From the human T2T-CHM13v2.0 reference genome, Homo sapiens, in assembly GCF_009914755.1 (NCBI RefSeq), contig NC_060948.1: a stretch of DNA of 64,000 bases. The stretch is one strand, 5' to 3'. The notes beneath the pieces are model-generated. The model did not search any database. It saw only the letters and a program-made list of their open reading frames with translations, and was not told the DNA's origin. A program made the translations under genes and the position numbers. Positions 14,601 to 29,400 of this stretch are shown here, one piece after another (positions within the stretch are counted from its first letter, which is position 1; every line of letters starts with the position of its first letter).

Positions 14601-15600
14601 CTAGAATGGAATGGATTCGAATGGAAGGCAAAGGAATGGAATCTATTGGAATGGACTGAAATGGAATGGAATGGAAGGGATTGGAATGGACTCGAATGGA
14701 ATGGACTGCAATAGAAAGGATTCGAATGGAATGAAAAAGAATTGAATGGAATAGAACAGAATGGAATCAAATCGAATGAAATGGAATGGAATAGAAAGGA
14801 ATGGAATGAAATGGAATGGAAAGGATTCGAATGGAATGCAATCGAATGGAATGGAATCGAACGGAATGGAATAAAATGTAAGAAAACAGGCAAGAAATGG
14901 AATCGAAAGGAATGGAGTGTTATGGAACGGACTCAAAAGGAATTGAATGTAATAGAATGGAGTGGAGTGGACTCGAATATAATGGACTGGAATGGAATGA
15001 AATCACATGGAATGGGAACGAATGGAATGGAATGGAAAGGAATGCAATCGAATGGAAAGGAATCGAATGGAAGGGAATGAAATTGAATCAACAGGAATGG
15101 AAGGGAATAGAATAGACGGTAATGGAATGGACTCGAATAGAATGGACACGAATGCTCAAATTGAATGGACTCGAATGGAATGGAAACGAAAGGAATGTCA
15201 TCGAATGGAATTGAATCGATTGGAATGAAATCGCATAGAATGGAGTGGAATCAAATGGAATTGAATCGAAAGGAAAGGAAGCGAATGGACTGAAATGAAA
15301 TGGAATGGAATTGAATGGAAAGTAATGCAATGGAATAGAATGGAACGAAATTTCACGGAATGGAATCAAACTGAATGGAATCAAATCAATGGAATCCAAT
15401 CAAATGGAATGGAAAGGAATTGAATGGAGTAGATTGGATTGGATGGGATTGGAATGAAATGTACTGGAAAGGACTCGAATTTCATGAAACGGAATGGAAT
15501 GAATTGGAACGGAATGGACTCGAATGGAATGGAATGTCATGGAATGGCATCAAATGGAATGGCATCAAATGGAATGGAATCGAATGCAATGGAATGCTAT
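5660..15600 (+). repeat. Copy 1 of a ~10 kb segment duplicated at 5-unit spacing (+17,814 bp)
   Basis: Private variants are shared only with 23475-33410. ORF-track offsets are 17,814 (5952/23766, 6853/24667, 13952/31766, 15375/33189). Boundaries approximate. Confidence 0.85.
8788..8842 (+). repeat. Pure (GGAAT)11 tract, the longest allele of a variable-length microsatellite present once per unit
   Basis: Lies between ..GTGCAGTGCAAT(GGAAT)4GCAAT and GGGATGGAATGGTAT. The pentamer count differs between units (2 to 11). Confidence 0.9.
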
Positions 15601-18600
15601 GGAATGGAATGGAATGCTTTGGAATGGAATGTCCTCTAATGGAATGGATTCGAGTGGAATGGAATCGAATATAATGGAGTCGAATGAAATGGAATTGAAA
15701 GGAATGGGATCGAATACAATGGAATATACTGGAATGTAATGTAATGAACTCGAATGTAATTGACTGGAATGGAATGTACATGAATGGAATGTAATCGAAT
15801 GGAAAGTAATCCAATGGAATAGAATCTAATGCAATAAAATCGACTCAGATAGAGTAGAATGTAATGGAATGGAGTGCAGTGCAATGGAATGGAATGGAAT
15901 GGAATGCAATGGAATGGAATGGAATGGAATGGAATGGAATGGAATGGAATGGAATGGGATGGAATGGTATGGAATGGATAGTAATGGACTGGAGTGAAAT
16001 GGACTGGAAAGGAATGGACTCAAATTGAAAGGGCTCGAAAGGAATGGAATCAAATGGAATGGTCTGGAATGGAATGAACACGAATGTAATGCAATCCAAT
16101 AGAATGGAATCGAATGGCATGGAATATAAAGAAATGGAATCGAAGAGAATGGAAACAAATGGAATGGAATTGAATGGAATGGAATTGAATGGAATGGGAA
16201 CGAATGGAGTGAAATTGTATGCAGTAGAAGGGAATAGAATGGAATGCAAGCGAAAGGAAAGGAATGGATTGGAATGGAATGGAATTCATTGGAATGGAGG
16301 GGAATGTAGTGTAATGGACAGGCCTGGAATAAAGTGGAATGCTACGGTCTCGAATGGAATAAAAATGTATGGAATGGAATGCAATGAAACGGAATCGAAT
16401 GTCATAGAATGTAATGGAATGCAAAAAAATGGAATCCAAAATCATTGACTGGAAAGGCTGGGTGTCGAAAGGAATTGACTCCAATGGAATGGAATCGAAT
16501 GGAGTGGAAGTGAATAGAATCGAACTAAATCGAATGGAATGGAATTGATAGGAACGGAATGGAAAGGAATGCAATGATTTGGCACGGAATGGAATCGAAT
16601 GGCATCGAATGGAATGGAATGGAATGCAATGGAATGGAACGTATTAGAATGTAATGAACTTTAATGGAATGTACTCGAATGGATTCGACTGGAATGCAAT
16701 GTTCTGGAAGTGAATGGACTCCAATGGAATGGATTCAAAAGGAATGGAATCGTACGGAATGGAATCTAATGGAATGGAATTAAATGGAAATGAATCAAAT
16801 TGAATAGCACGGAATTGAATTGAATGGAATCGAATGCAATGGAATCTAATGAAATGGAAAGGAAAGGAATGGAATGGAATGGAATGGGCTGGAATGGAAA
16901 GGAATCGAAACGAATGGAATGGAATCGAACTGAAGAGACTGGAATGGAATGCACTGGAATGGAAGGGAGTGTAATGGAAGGTTCTCGAAAAAAATGGAAT
17001 CGAATGGAATGGAATTGAATGGAACGGAATAGAGTCGAATGGAATTGAATGGAATGGAATGGACTAGAGTGAAATGGAATCGAACCACAAGGAATGGACA
17101 GGAATAGAATGGTCTCGAATTGAATGGAATCGTATTGAATGGCATCAAACGGAATGGAATGGACAGCCACGGAATGGAATGCACTCGAATGCAATGGAGT
17201 CGAAACTAATGGACTGGAATAGAATGGACTCGACTGGTACGGACTCCAATGGAATGGAATGGAATGGAAGGGAATCGAACGGAATGGACTCGAAGGGAAA
17301 AGACTGCAATGGAAAGGTCTCGAATGGAATGGAAATTAATGGAATGGAATGGAATCGAATGAAATGGAGTCAAAAGGAATGGAATCGAATGGCAACAAAT
17401 CGAATGTAATGGAATCGCAAGGAATTGATGTGAACGGAACGGAATGGAATGGAATCCAAAGGAATGGAATAGAATGGAATGGAATCGAATGGAAAGGACT
17501 CGAATGGAAATCACTCGAATAGAATGCAATTTAATAAAATAGGATCAAATGTAATGGAATGGAATGGAAAGGAATCGAAACGAAAGGAATGGAGACAGAT
17601 GGAATGGAATGGAACAGAGAGCAATGGTATAGAATGGAATGGAATCATCTGGAATGGAATTGAATGGAATGGAATAATATGAAATGGAATGGAATGGAAT
17701 GGAATGGAATGCCCTTGAATTAAATGGACTGGAATGGAATGGACTCGAACAGAGTGGAATGGAAAGTGTTGAGATAGAATGGAATGGACTCCTTTGGAAT
17801 GGTGTAGTATGCAATGCAATCGACTGGCAGGGAATCAAAAGGAATGTAATCGAATGGATTGGACTGGAATGCAATGGACTCGAATAGATTGGAAACGGAA
17901 TGCAAAGGAATGGAATGGAATAGTATGGAATGGAATGGAAAGGAATGGAGTGGAATAGACTAGAGTGGAATGGAATGGACTGGAAAGCAATGGACTGGAA
18001 TGGAACTTTCTTGAATGGACTAGAATCAAACGGAATGGAATGCAATGCAATCAAATGGCATGGAATAAAATAGAATGAAAGAGAATCAAATGGAATTGAA
18101 TCGAATGGAATCGAATGGATTGGAAAGGAATAGAATGGAATGGAATGGAATTGACTCAAATGGAATGGACTAGAATGGAATGGATTCGAATGGAAGGCAA
18201 AGGAATGGAATCTATTGGAATGGACTGTAATGGAATGGAATGGAAGGGATTGGAATGGACTCGAATGGAATAGACTGCAATAGAAAGGATTCGAATGGAA
18301 TGAAAAAGAATTGAATGGAATAGAACAGAATGGAATCAAATCGAATGAAATGGAATGGAATAGAAAGGAATGGAATGAAATGGAATGGAAAGGATTCGAA
18401 TGGAATGCAATCGAATGGAATGGAATCGAACGGAATGGAATAAAATGGAAGAAAACTGGCAAGAAATGGAATCGAAATGAATGGAGTGTTATGGAACGGA
18501 CTCAAAAGGAATTGAATGTAATAGAATGGAGTGGAGTGGACTCGAATATAATGGACTGGAATGGAATGAAATCACATGGAATGGGAACGAATGGAATGGA

Positions 18601-21600
18601 ATGGAAAGGAATGGAATCGAATGGAAAGGAATCGAATGGAAGGGAATGAAATTGAATCAACAGGAATGGAAGGGAATAGAATAGACGGTAATGGAATGGA
18701 CTCGAATAGAATGGACACGAATGCTCAAATTGAATGGACTCGAATGGAATGGAAACGAAAGGAATGTCATCGAATGGAATTGAATCGATTGGAATGAAAT
18801 CGCATAGAATGGAGTGGAATCAAATGGAATTGAATCGAAAGGAAAGGAAGCGAATGGACTGAAATGAAATGGAATGGAATTGAATGGAAAGTAATGCAAT
18901 GGAATAGAATGGAACGAAATTTCACGGAATGGAATCAAACTGAATGGAATCAAATCAATGGAATCCAATCAAATGGAATGGAAAGGAATTGAATGGAGTA
19001 GATTGGATTGGATGGGATTGGAATGAAATGTACTGGAAAGGACTCGAATTTCATGAAACGGAATGGAATGAATTGGAACGGAATGGACTCGAATGGAATG
19101 GAATGTCATGGAATGGCATCAAATGGAATGGCATCAAATGGAATGGAATCTAATGAAATGGAATGCTATGGAATGGAATGGAATGCATTGGAATGGAATG
19201 TCCTCTAATGGAATGCATTCGAGTGGAATGGAATCGAATATAATGGAGTCGAATGAAATGGAATTGAAAGGAATGGGATCGAATACAATGGAATATACTG
19301 GAATGTAATGTAATGAACTCGAATGTAATTGACTGGAATGGAATGTACATGAATGGAATGTAATCGAATGGAAAGTAATCCAATGGAATAGAATCTAATG
19401 CAATAAAATCGACTCAGATAGAGTAGAATGTAATGGAATGGAGTGCAGTGCAATGCAATGGAATGGAATGGAATGCAATGGAATGGAATGGAATGGAATG
19501 GAATGGAATGGAATGGGATGGAATGGTATGGAATGGATAGTAATGGACTGGAGTGAAATGGACTGGAAAGGAATGGACTCAAATTGAAAGGGCTCGAAAG
19601 GAATGGAGTCAAATGGAATGGTCTGGAATGGAATGAACACGAATGTAATGCAGTCCAATAGAATGGAATCGAATGGCATGGAATATAAAGAAATGGAATC
19701 GAAGAGAATGGAAACAAATGGAATGGAATTGAATGGAATGGAATTGAATGGAATGGGAACGAATGGAGTGAAATTGTATGCAGTAGAAGGGAATAGAATG
19801 GAATGCAAGCGAAAGGAAAGGAATGGATTGGAATGGAATGGAATTCATTGGAATGGAAGGGAATGTAGTGTAATGGACAGGCCTGGAATAAAGTGGAATG
19901 CTACGGTCTCGAATGGAATAAAAATGTATGGAATGGAATGCAATGAAACGGAATCGAATGTCATAGAATGTAATGGAATGCAAAAAAATGGAATCCAAAA
20001 TCATTGACTGGAAAGGCTGGGTGTCGAAAGGAATTGACTCCAATGGAATGGAATCGAATGGAGTGGAAGTGAATAGAATCGAACTAAATCGAATGGAATG
20101 GAATTGATAGGAACGGAATGGAAAGGAATGCAATGATTTGGCACGGAATGGAATCGAATGGCATCGAATGGAATGGAATGGAATGCAATGGAATGGAACG
20201 TATTAGAATGTAATGAACTTTAATGGAATGTACTCGAATGGATTCGACTGGAATGGAATGTTCTGGAAGTGAATGGACTCCAATGGAATGGATTCAAAAG
20301 GAATGGAATCGTACGGAATGGAATCTAATGGAATGGAATTAAATGGAAATGAATCAAATTGAATAGCAATGAATTGAATTGAATGGAATCGAATGCAATG
20401 GAATCTAATGAAACGGAAAGGAAAGGAATGGAATGGAATGGAATGGGCTGGAATGGAAAGGAATCGAAACGAATGGAATGGAATCGAACTGAAGAGACTG
20501 GAATGGACTGCACTGGAATGGAAGGGAGTGTAATGGAAGGTTCTCGAAAAAAATGGAATCGAATGGAATGGAATTGAATGGAACGGAATAGAGTCGAATG
20601 GAATTGAATGGAATGGAATGGACTAGAGTGAAATGGAATCGAACCACAAGGAATGGACAGGAATAGAATGGTCTCGAATTGAATGGCATCGTATGGAATG
20701 ACATCAAACGGAATGGAATGGACAGCCACGGAATGGAATGCACTCGAATGCAATGGAGTCGAAACTAATGGACTGGAATAGAATGGACTCGACTGGTACG
20801 GACTCCAATGGAATGGAATCGAATGGAAGGGAATCGAACGGAATGGACTCGAAGGGAAAAGACTGCAATGGAAAGGTCTCGAATGGAATGGAAATAAATG
20901 GAATGGAATGGAATCGAATGAAATGGAGTCAAAAGGAATGGAATCGAATGGCAAGAAATCGAATGTAATGGAATCGCAAGGAATTGATGTGAACGGAACG
21001 GAATGGAATGGAATCCAAAGGAATGGAATAGAATGGAATGGAATCGAATGGAAAGGACTCGAATGGAAATCACTCGAATAGAATGCAACTTAATAAAATA
21101 GGACCAAATGTAATGGAATGGAATGGAAAGGAATCGAAACGAAAGGAATGGAGACAGATGGAATGGAATGGAACAGAGAGCAATGGTATAGAATGGAATG
21201 GAATCATCTGGAATGGAATTGAATGGAATGGAATAATATGAAATGGAATGGAATGGAATGGAATGGAATGCCCTTGAATTAAATGGACTGGAATGGAATG
21301 GACTCGAACAGAGTGGAATGGAAAGTGTTGAGATAGAATGGAATGGACTCGTTTGGAATGGTCTAGTATGCAATGCAATCGACTGGCAGGGTATCAAAAG
21401 GAATGTAATGGAATGGATTGGACTGGAATGCAATGGACTCGAATAGATTGCAAACGGAATGCAAAGGAATGGAATGGAATAGTATGGAATGGAATGGAAA
21501 GGAATGGAGTGGAATAGACTAGAGTGGAATGGAATGGACTGGAAAGAAATGGACTGGAATGGAACTTTCTTGGATGGACTGGAATCAAACGGAATGGAAT

Positions 21601-23474
21601 GCAATGCAATCAAATGGCATGGAATAAAATAGAATGAAAGAGAATCAAATGGAATTGAATCGAATGGAATCGAATGGATTGGAAAGGAATAGAACGGAAT
21701 GGAATGGAATTGATTCAAATGGAATGGACCAGAATGGAATGGATTCGAATGGAAGGCAAAGGAATGGAATCTATTGGAATGGACTGTAATGGAATGGAAT
21801 GGAAGGGATTGGAATGGACTCGAATGGAATGGACTGCAATAGAAAGGATTCGAATGGAATGAAAAAGAATTGAATGGAATAGAACAGAATGGAATCTAAT
21901 CGAATGAAATGGAATGGAATAGAAAGGAATGGAATGAAATGGAATGGAAAGGATTCGAATGGAATGCAATCGAATGGAATGGAATCGAACGGAATGGAAT
22001 AAAATGGAAGAAAACTGGCAAGAAATGGAATCGAAATGAATGGAGTGTTATGGAACGGACTCAAAAGGAATTGAATGTAATAGAATGGAGTGGAGTGGAC
22101 TCGAATATAATGGACTGGAATGGAATGAAATCACATGGAATGGGAACGAATGGAATGGAATGGAAAGGAATGGAATCGAATGGAAAGGAATCGAATGGAA
22201 GGGAATGAAATTGAATCAACAGGAATGGAAGGGAATAGAATAGACGGTAATGGAATGGACTCGAATAGAATGGACACGAATGCTCAAATTGAATGGACTC
22301 GAATGGAATGGAAACGAAAGGAATGTCATCGAATGGAATTGAATCGATTGGAATGAAATCGCATAGAATGGAGTGGAATCAAATGGAATTGAATCGAAAG
22401 GAAAGGAAGCGAATGGACTGAAATGAAATGGAATGGAATTGAATGGAAAGTAATGCAATGGAATAGAATGGAACGAAATTTCACGGAATGGAATCAAACT
22501 GAATGGAATCAAATCAATGGAAGCCAATCAAATGGAATGGAAAGGAATTGAATGGAGTAGATTGGATTGGATGGGATTGGAATGAAATGTACTGGAAAGG
22601 ACTCGAATTTCATGAAACGGAATGGAATGAATTGGAACGGAATGGACTCGAATGGAATGGAATGTCATGGAATGGCATCAAATGGAATGGCATCAAATGG
22701 AATGGAATCGAATGCAATGGAATGCTATGGAATGGAATGGAATGCATTGGAATGGAATGTCCTCTAATGGAATGGATTCGAGTGGAATGGAATCGAATAT
22801 AATGGAGTCGAATGAAATGGAATTGAAAGGAATGGGATCGAATACAATGGAATATACTGGGATGAAATGTAATGAACTCGAATGTAATTGACTGGAATGG
22901 AATGTACATGAATGGAATGTAATCGAATGGAAAGTAATCCAATGGAATAGAATCTAATGCAATAAAATCGACTCAGATAGAGTAGAATGTAATGGAATGG
23001 AGTGCAGTGCAATGGAATGGAATGGAATGGAATGCAATGGAATGGAATGGAATGGAATGGAATGGAATTTAATGGAATGGGATGGAATGGTATGGAATGG
23101 ATAGTAATGGACTGGAGTGAAATGGACTGGAAAGGAATGGACTCAAATTGAAAGGGCTCGAAAGGAATGGAGTCAAATGGAATGGTCTGGAATGGAATGA
23201 ACACGAATGTAATGCAATCCAATAGAATGGTATCGAATGGCATGGAATATAAAGAAATGGAATCGAAGAGAATGGAAACAAATGGAATGGAATTGAATGG
23301 AATGGAATTGAATGGAATGGGAACGAATGGAGTGAAATTGTATGCAGTAGAAGGTAATAGAATGGAATGCAAGCGAAAGGAAAGGAATGGATTGGAATTG
23401 AATGGAATTCATTGGAATGGAAGGGAATGTAGTGTAATGGACAGGTCTGGAATAAAGTGGAATGCTACGGTCTC

Positions 23475-26400
23475 AATGGAATAAAAATGTATGGAATGGA
23501 ATGCAATGAAACGGAATCGAATGTCATAGAATGTAATGGAATGCAAAAAAATGGAATCCAAAATCATTGACTGGAAAGGCTGGGTGTCGAAAGGAATTGA
23601 CTCCAATGGAATGGAATCGAATGGAATGGAAGTGAATAGAATCGAACTAAATCGAATGGAATGGAATTGATAGGAACGGAATGGAAAGGAATGCAATGAT
23701 TTGGCATGGAATGGAATCGAATGGCATCGAATGGAATGGAATGGAATGCAATGGAATGGAATGTATTAGAATGTAATGAACTTTAATGGAATGTACTCGA
23801 ATGGATTCGACTGGAATGGAATGTTCCGGAATGGAATGGACTCCAATGGAATGGATTCGAAAGGAATGGAATCGAACGGAATGGAATCTAATGGAATGGA
23901 ATTAAATGGAAATGAATCAAATTGAATAGCACGGAATTGAATTGAATGGAATGGAATGCAATGGAATCTAATGAAACGGAAAGGAAAGGAATGGAATGGA
24001 ATGGAATGGGCTGGAATGGAAAGGAATCGAAACGAATGGAATGGAATCGAACTGAAGAGACTGGAATGGAATGCACTGGAATGGAAGGGAGTGTAATGGA
24101 AGGTTCTCGAAAATAATGGAAGCAAATGGAATGGAATTGAATGGAACGGAATAGAGTCGAATGGAATTGAGTGGAATGGAATGGACTAGAGTGAAATGGA
24201 ATCGAACCACAAGGAATGGACAGGAATAGAATGGTCTCGAATTGAATGGAATCGTATGGAATGGCATCAAACGGAATGGAATGGACAGCCACGGAATGGA
24301 ATGCACTCGAATGCAATGGAGTCGAAACTAATGGACTGGAATAGAATGGACTCGACTGGTACGGACTCCAATGGAATGGAATGGAATGGAAGGGAATCGA
24401 ACGGAATGGACTCGAAGGGAAAAGACTGCAATGGAAAGGTCTCGAATGGAATGCAAATTAATGGAATGGAATGGAATCGAATGAAATGGAGTCAAAAGGA
24501 ATGGAATCGAATGGCAAGAAATCGAATGTAATGGAATCGCAAGGAATTGATGTGAACGGAACGGAATGGAATGGAATCCAAAGGAATGGAATAGAATGGA
24601 ATGGAATCGAATGGAAAGGACTCGAATGGAAATCACTCGAATAGAATGCAATTTAATAAAATAGGATCAAATGTAATGGAATGGAATGGAAAGGAATCGA
24701 AACGAAAGGAATGGAGACAGATGGAATGGAATGGAACAGAGAGCAATGGTATAGAATGGAATGGAATCATCTGGAATGGAATTGAATGGAATGGAATAAT
24801 ATGAAATGGAATGGAATGGAATGGAATGGAATGCCCTTGAATTAAATGGACTGGAATGGAATGAACTCGAACAGAGTGGAATGGAAAGTGTTGAGATAGA
24901 ATGGAATGGACCCTTTTGGAATGGTCTAGTATGCAATGCAATCGACTGGCAGGGAATCAAAAGGAATGTAATCGAATGGATTAGACTGGAATGCAATGGA
25001 CTCGAATAGATTGGAAACGGAATGCAAAGGAATGGAATGGAATAGTATGGAATGGAATGGAAAGGAATGGAGTGGAATAGACTAGAGTGGAATGGAATGG
25101 ACTGGTAAACAATGGACTGGAATGGAACTTTCTTGAATGGACTGGAATCAAACGGAATGGAATGCAATGCAATCAAATGGCATGGAATAAAATAGAATGA
25201 AAGAGAATCAAATGGAATTGAATCGAATGGAATCGAATGGATTGGAAAGGAATAGAATGGAATGGAATGGAATTGACTCAAATGGAATGGACTAGAATGG
25301 AATGGATTCGAATGGAAGGCAAAGGAATGGAATCTATTGGAATGGACTGTAATGGAATGGAATGGAAGGGATTGGAAGGGACTCGAATGGAATGGACTGC
25401 AATAGAAAGGATTCGAATGGAATGAAAAAGAATTGAATGGAATAGAACAGAATGGAATCAAATCGAATGAAATGGAATGGAATAGAAAGGAATGGAATGA
25501 AATGGAATGGAAAGGATTCGAATGGAATGCAATCGAATGGAATGGAATCGAACGGAATGGAATAAAATGGAAGAAAACTGGCAAGAAATGGAATCGAAAT
25601 GAATGGAGTGTTATGGAACGGACTCAAAAGGAATTGAATGTAATAGAATGGAGTGGAGTGGACTCGAATATAATGGACTGGAATGGAATGAAATCACATG
25701 GAATAGGAACGAATGGAATGGAATGGAAAGGAATGCAATCGAATGGAAAGGAATCGAATGGAAGGGAATGAAATTGAATCAACAGGAATGGAAGGGAATA
25801 GAATAGACGGTAAAGGAATGGACTCGAATAGAATGGACACTAATGCTCAAATTGAATGGACTCGAATGGAATGGAAACGAAAGGAATGTCATCGAATGGA
25901 ATTGAATCGATTGGAATGAAATCGCATAGAATGGAGTGGAATCAAATGGAATTGAATCGAAAGGAAAGGAAGCGAATGGACTGAAATGAAATGGAATGGA
26001 ATTGAATGGAAAGTAATGCAATGGAATAGAATGGAACGAAATTTCACGGAATGGAATCAAACTGAATGGAATCAAATCAATGGAATCAAATCAAATGGAA
26101 TGGAAAGGAATTGAATGGAGTAGATTGGATTGGATGGGATTGGAATGAAATGTACTGGAAAGGACTCGAATTTCATGAAACGGAATGGAATGAATTGGAA
26201 CGGAATGGACTCGAATGGAATGGAATGTCATGGAATGGCATCAAATGGAATGGCATCAAATGGAATGGAATCGAATGCAATGGAATGCTATGGAATGGAA
26301 TGGAATGCATTGGAATGGAATGTCCTCTAATGGAATGGATTCGAGTGGAATGGAATCGAATATAATGGAGTCGAATGAAAAGGAATTGAAAGGAATGGGA

Positions 26401-29400
26401 TCGAATACAACGGAATATACTGGAATGTAATGTAATGAACTCGAATGTAATTGACTGGAATGGAATGTACATGAATGGAATGTAATCGAATGGAAAGTAA
26501 TCCAATGGAATAGAATCTAATGCAATAAAATCGACTCAGATAGAGTAGAATGTAATGGAATGGAGTGCAGTGCAATGGAATGGAATGGAATGGAATGCAA
26601 TGGAATGGAATGGAATGGAATGGAATGGAATGGAATGGAATGGAATGGAATGGGATGGAATGGTATGGAATGGATAGTAATGGACTGGAATGAAATGGAC
26701 TGGAAAAGAATGGACTCAAATTGAAAGGGCTCGAAAGGAATGGAGTCAAATGGAATGGTCTGGAATGGAATGAACACGAATGTAATGCAATCCAATAGAA
26801 TGGAATCGAATGGCATGGAATATAAAGAAATGGAATCGAAGAGAATGGAAACAAATGGAATGGAAGTGAATGGAATGGAATTGAATGGAATGGGAACGAA
26901 TGGAGTGAAATTTTATGCAGTAGAAGAGAATAGAATGGAATGCAAGCGAAAGGAAAGGAATGGATTGCAATGGAATGGAATTCATTGAAATGGAAGGAAA
27001 TGTAGTGTAATGGACAGGCCTGGAATAAAGTGGAATGCTACGGTCTCGAATGGAATAAAAATGTATGGAATGGAATGCAATGAAACGGAATCGAATGTCA
27101 TAGAATGTAATGGAATGCAAAAAAATGGAATCCAAAATCATTGACTGGAAAGGCTGGGTGTCGAAAGGAATTGACTCCAATGGAATGGAATCGAATGGAA
27201 TGGAAGTGAATAGAATCGAACTAAATCGAATGGAATGGAATTGATAGGAACGGAATGGAAAGGAATGCAATGATTTGGCATGGAATGGAATCGAATGGCA
27301 TCGAATGGAATGGAATGGAATGCAATGGAATGGAATGTATTAGAATGTAATGAACTTTAATGGAATGTACTCGAATGGATTCGACTGGAATGGAATGTTC
27401 TGGAAGTGAATGGACTCCAATGGAATGGATTCGAAAGGAATGGAATCGAACGGAATGGAATCTAATGGAATGGAATTAAATGGAAATGAATCAAATTGAA
27501 TAGCACGGAATTGAATTGAATGGAATGGAATGCAATGGAATCTAATGAAACGGAAAGGAAAGGAATGGAATGGAATGTAATGGGCTGGAATGGAAAGGAA
27601 TCGAAACGAATGGAATGGAATCGAACTGAAGAGACTGGAATGGAATGCACTGGAATGGAAGGGATTGTAATGGAAGGTTCTCGAAAATAATGGAAGCAAA
27701 TGGAATGGAATTGAATGGAACGGAATAGAGTCGAATGGAATTGAATGGAATGGAATGGACTAGAGTGAAATGGAATCGAACCACAAGGAATGGACAGGAA
27801 TAGAATGGTCTCGAATTGAATGGAATCGTATGGAATGGCATCAAACGGAATGGAATGGACAGCCACGGAATGGAATGCACTCGAATGCAATGGAGTCGAA
27901 ACTTATGGACTGGAATAGAATGCGCTCGACTGGTACGGACTCCAAAGGAATGGAATCGAATGGAAGGGATTCGAACGGAATGGACTCGAAGGGAAAAGAC
28001 TGCAATGGAAAGGTCTCGAATGGAATGGAAATTAATGGAATGGAATGGAATCGAATGAAATGGAGTCAAAAGGAATGGAATCGAATGGCAAGAAATCGAA
28101 TGTAATGGAATCACAAGGAATTGATGTGAACGGAACGGAATGGAATGGAATCCAAAGGAATGGAATAGAATGGAATGCAATCGAATGGAAAGGACTCGAA
28201 TGGAAATCACTCGAATAGAATGCAATTTAATAAAATAGGATCAAATGTAATGGAATGGAATGAAAAGGAATCGAAACGAAAGGAATGGAGACAGATGGAA
28301 TGGAATGGAACAGAGAGCAATGGTATAGAATGGAATGGAATCATCTGGAATGGAATTGAATGGAATGGAATAATATGAAATGGAATGGAATGGAATGGAA
28401 TGGAATGCCCTTGAATTAAATGGACTGGAATGGAATGGACTCGAACAGAGTGGAATGGAAAGTGTTGAGATAGAATGGAATGGACTCCTTTGGAATGGTG
28501 TAGTATGCAATGCAATCGACTGGCAGGGAATCAAAAGGAATGTAATCGAATGGATTGGACTGGAATGCAATGGACTCGAATAGATTGGAAACGGAATGCA
28601 AAGGAATGGAATGGAATAGTATGGAATGGAATGGAAAGGAATGGAGTGGAATAGACTAGAGTGGAATGGAATGGACTGGAAAGCAATGGACTGGAATGGA
28701 ACTTTCTTGAATGGACTGGAATCAAACGGAATGGAATGCAATGCAATCAAATGGCATGGAATAAAATAGAATGAAAGAGAATCAAATGGAATTGAATCGA
28801 ATGGAATCGAATGGATTGGAAAGGAATAGAATGGAATGGAATGGAATTGACTCAAATGGAATGGACTAGAATGGAATGGATTCGAATGGAAGGCAAAGGA
28901 ATGGAATCTATTGGAATGGACTGTAATGGAATGCAATGGAAGGGATTGGAATGGACTCGAATGGAATGGACTGCAATAGAAAGGATTCGAATGGAATGAA
29001 AAAGAATTGAATGGAATAGAACAGAATGGAATCAAATCGAATGAAATGGAATGGAATAGAAAGGAATGGAATGAAATGGAATGGAAAGGATTCGAATGGA
29101 ATGCAATCGAATGGAATGGAATCGAACGGAATGGAATAAAATGGAAGAAAACTGGCAAGAAATGGAATCGAAATGAATGGAGTGTTATGGAATGGACTCA
29201 AAAGGAATTGAATGTAACAGAATGGAGTGGAGTGGACTCGAATATAATGGACTGGAATGGAATGAAATCACATGGAATGGGAACGAATGGAATGGAATGG
29301 AAAGGAATGGAATCGAATGGAAAGGAATCGAATGGAAGGGAATGAAATTGAATCAACAGGAATGGAAGGGAATAGAATAGACGGTAATAGAATGGACTCG

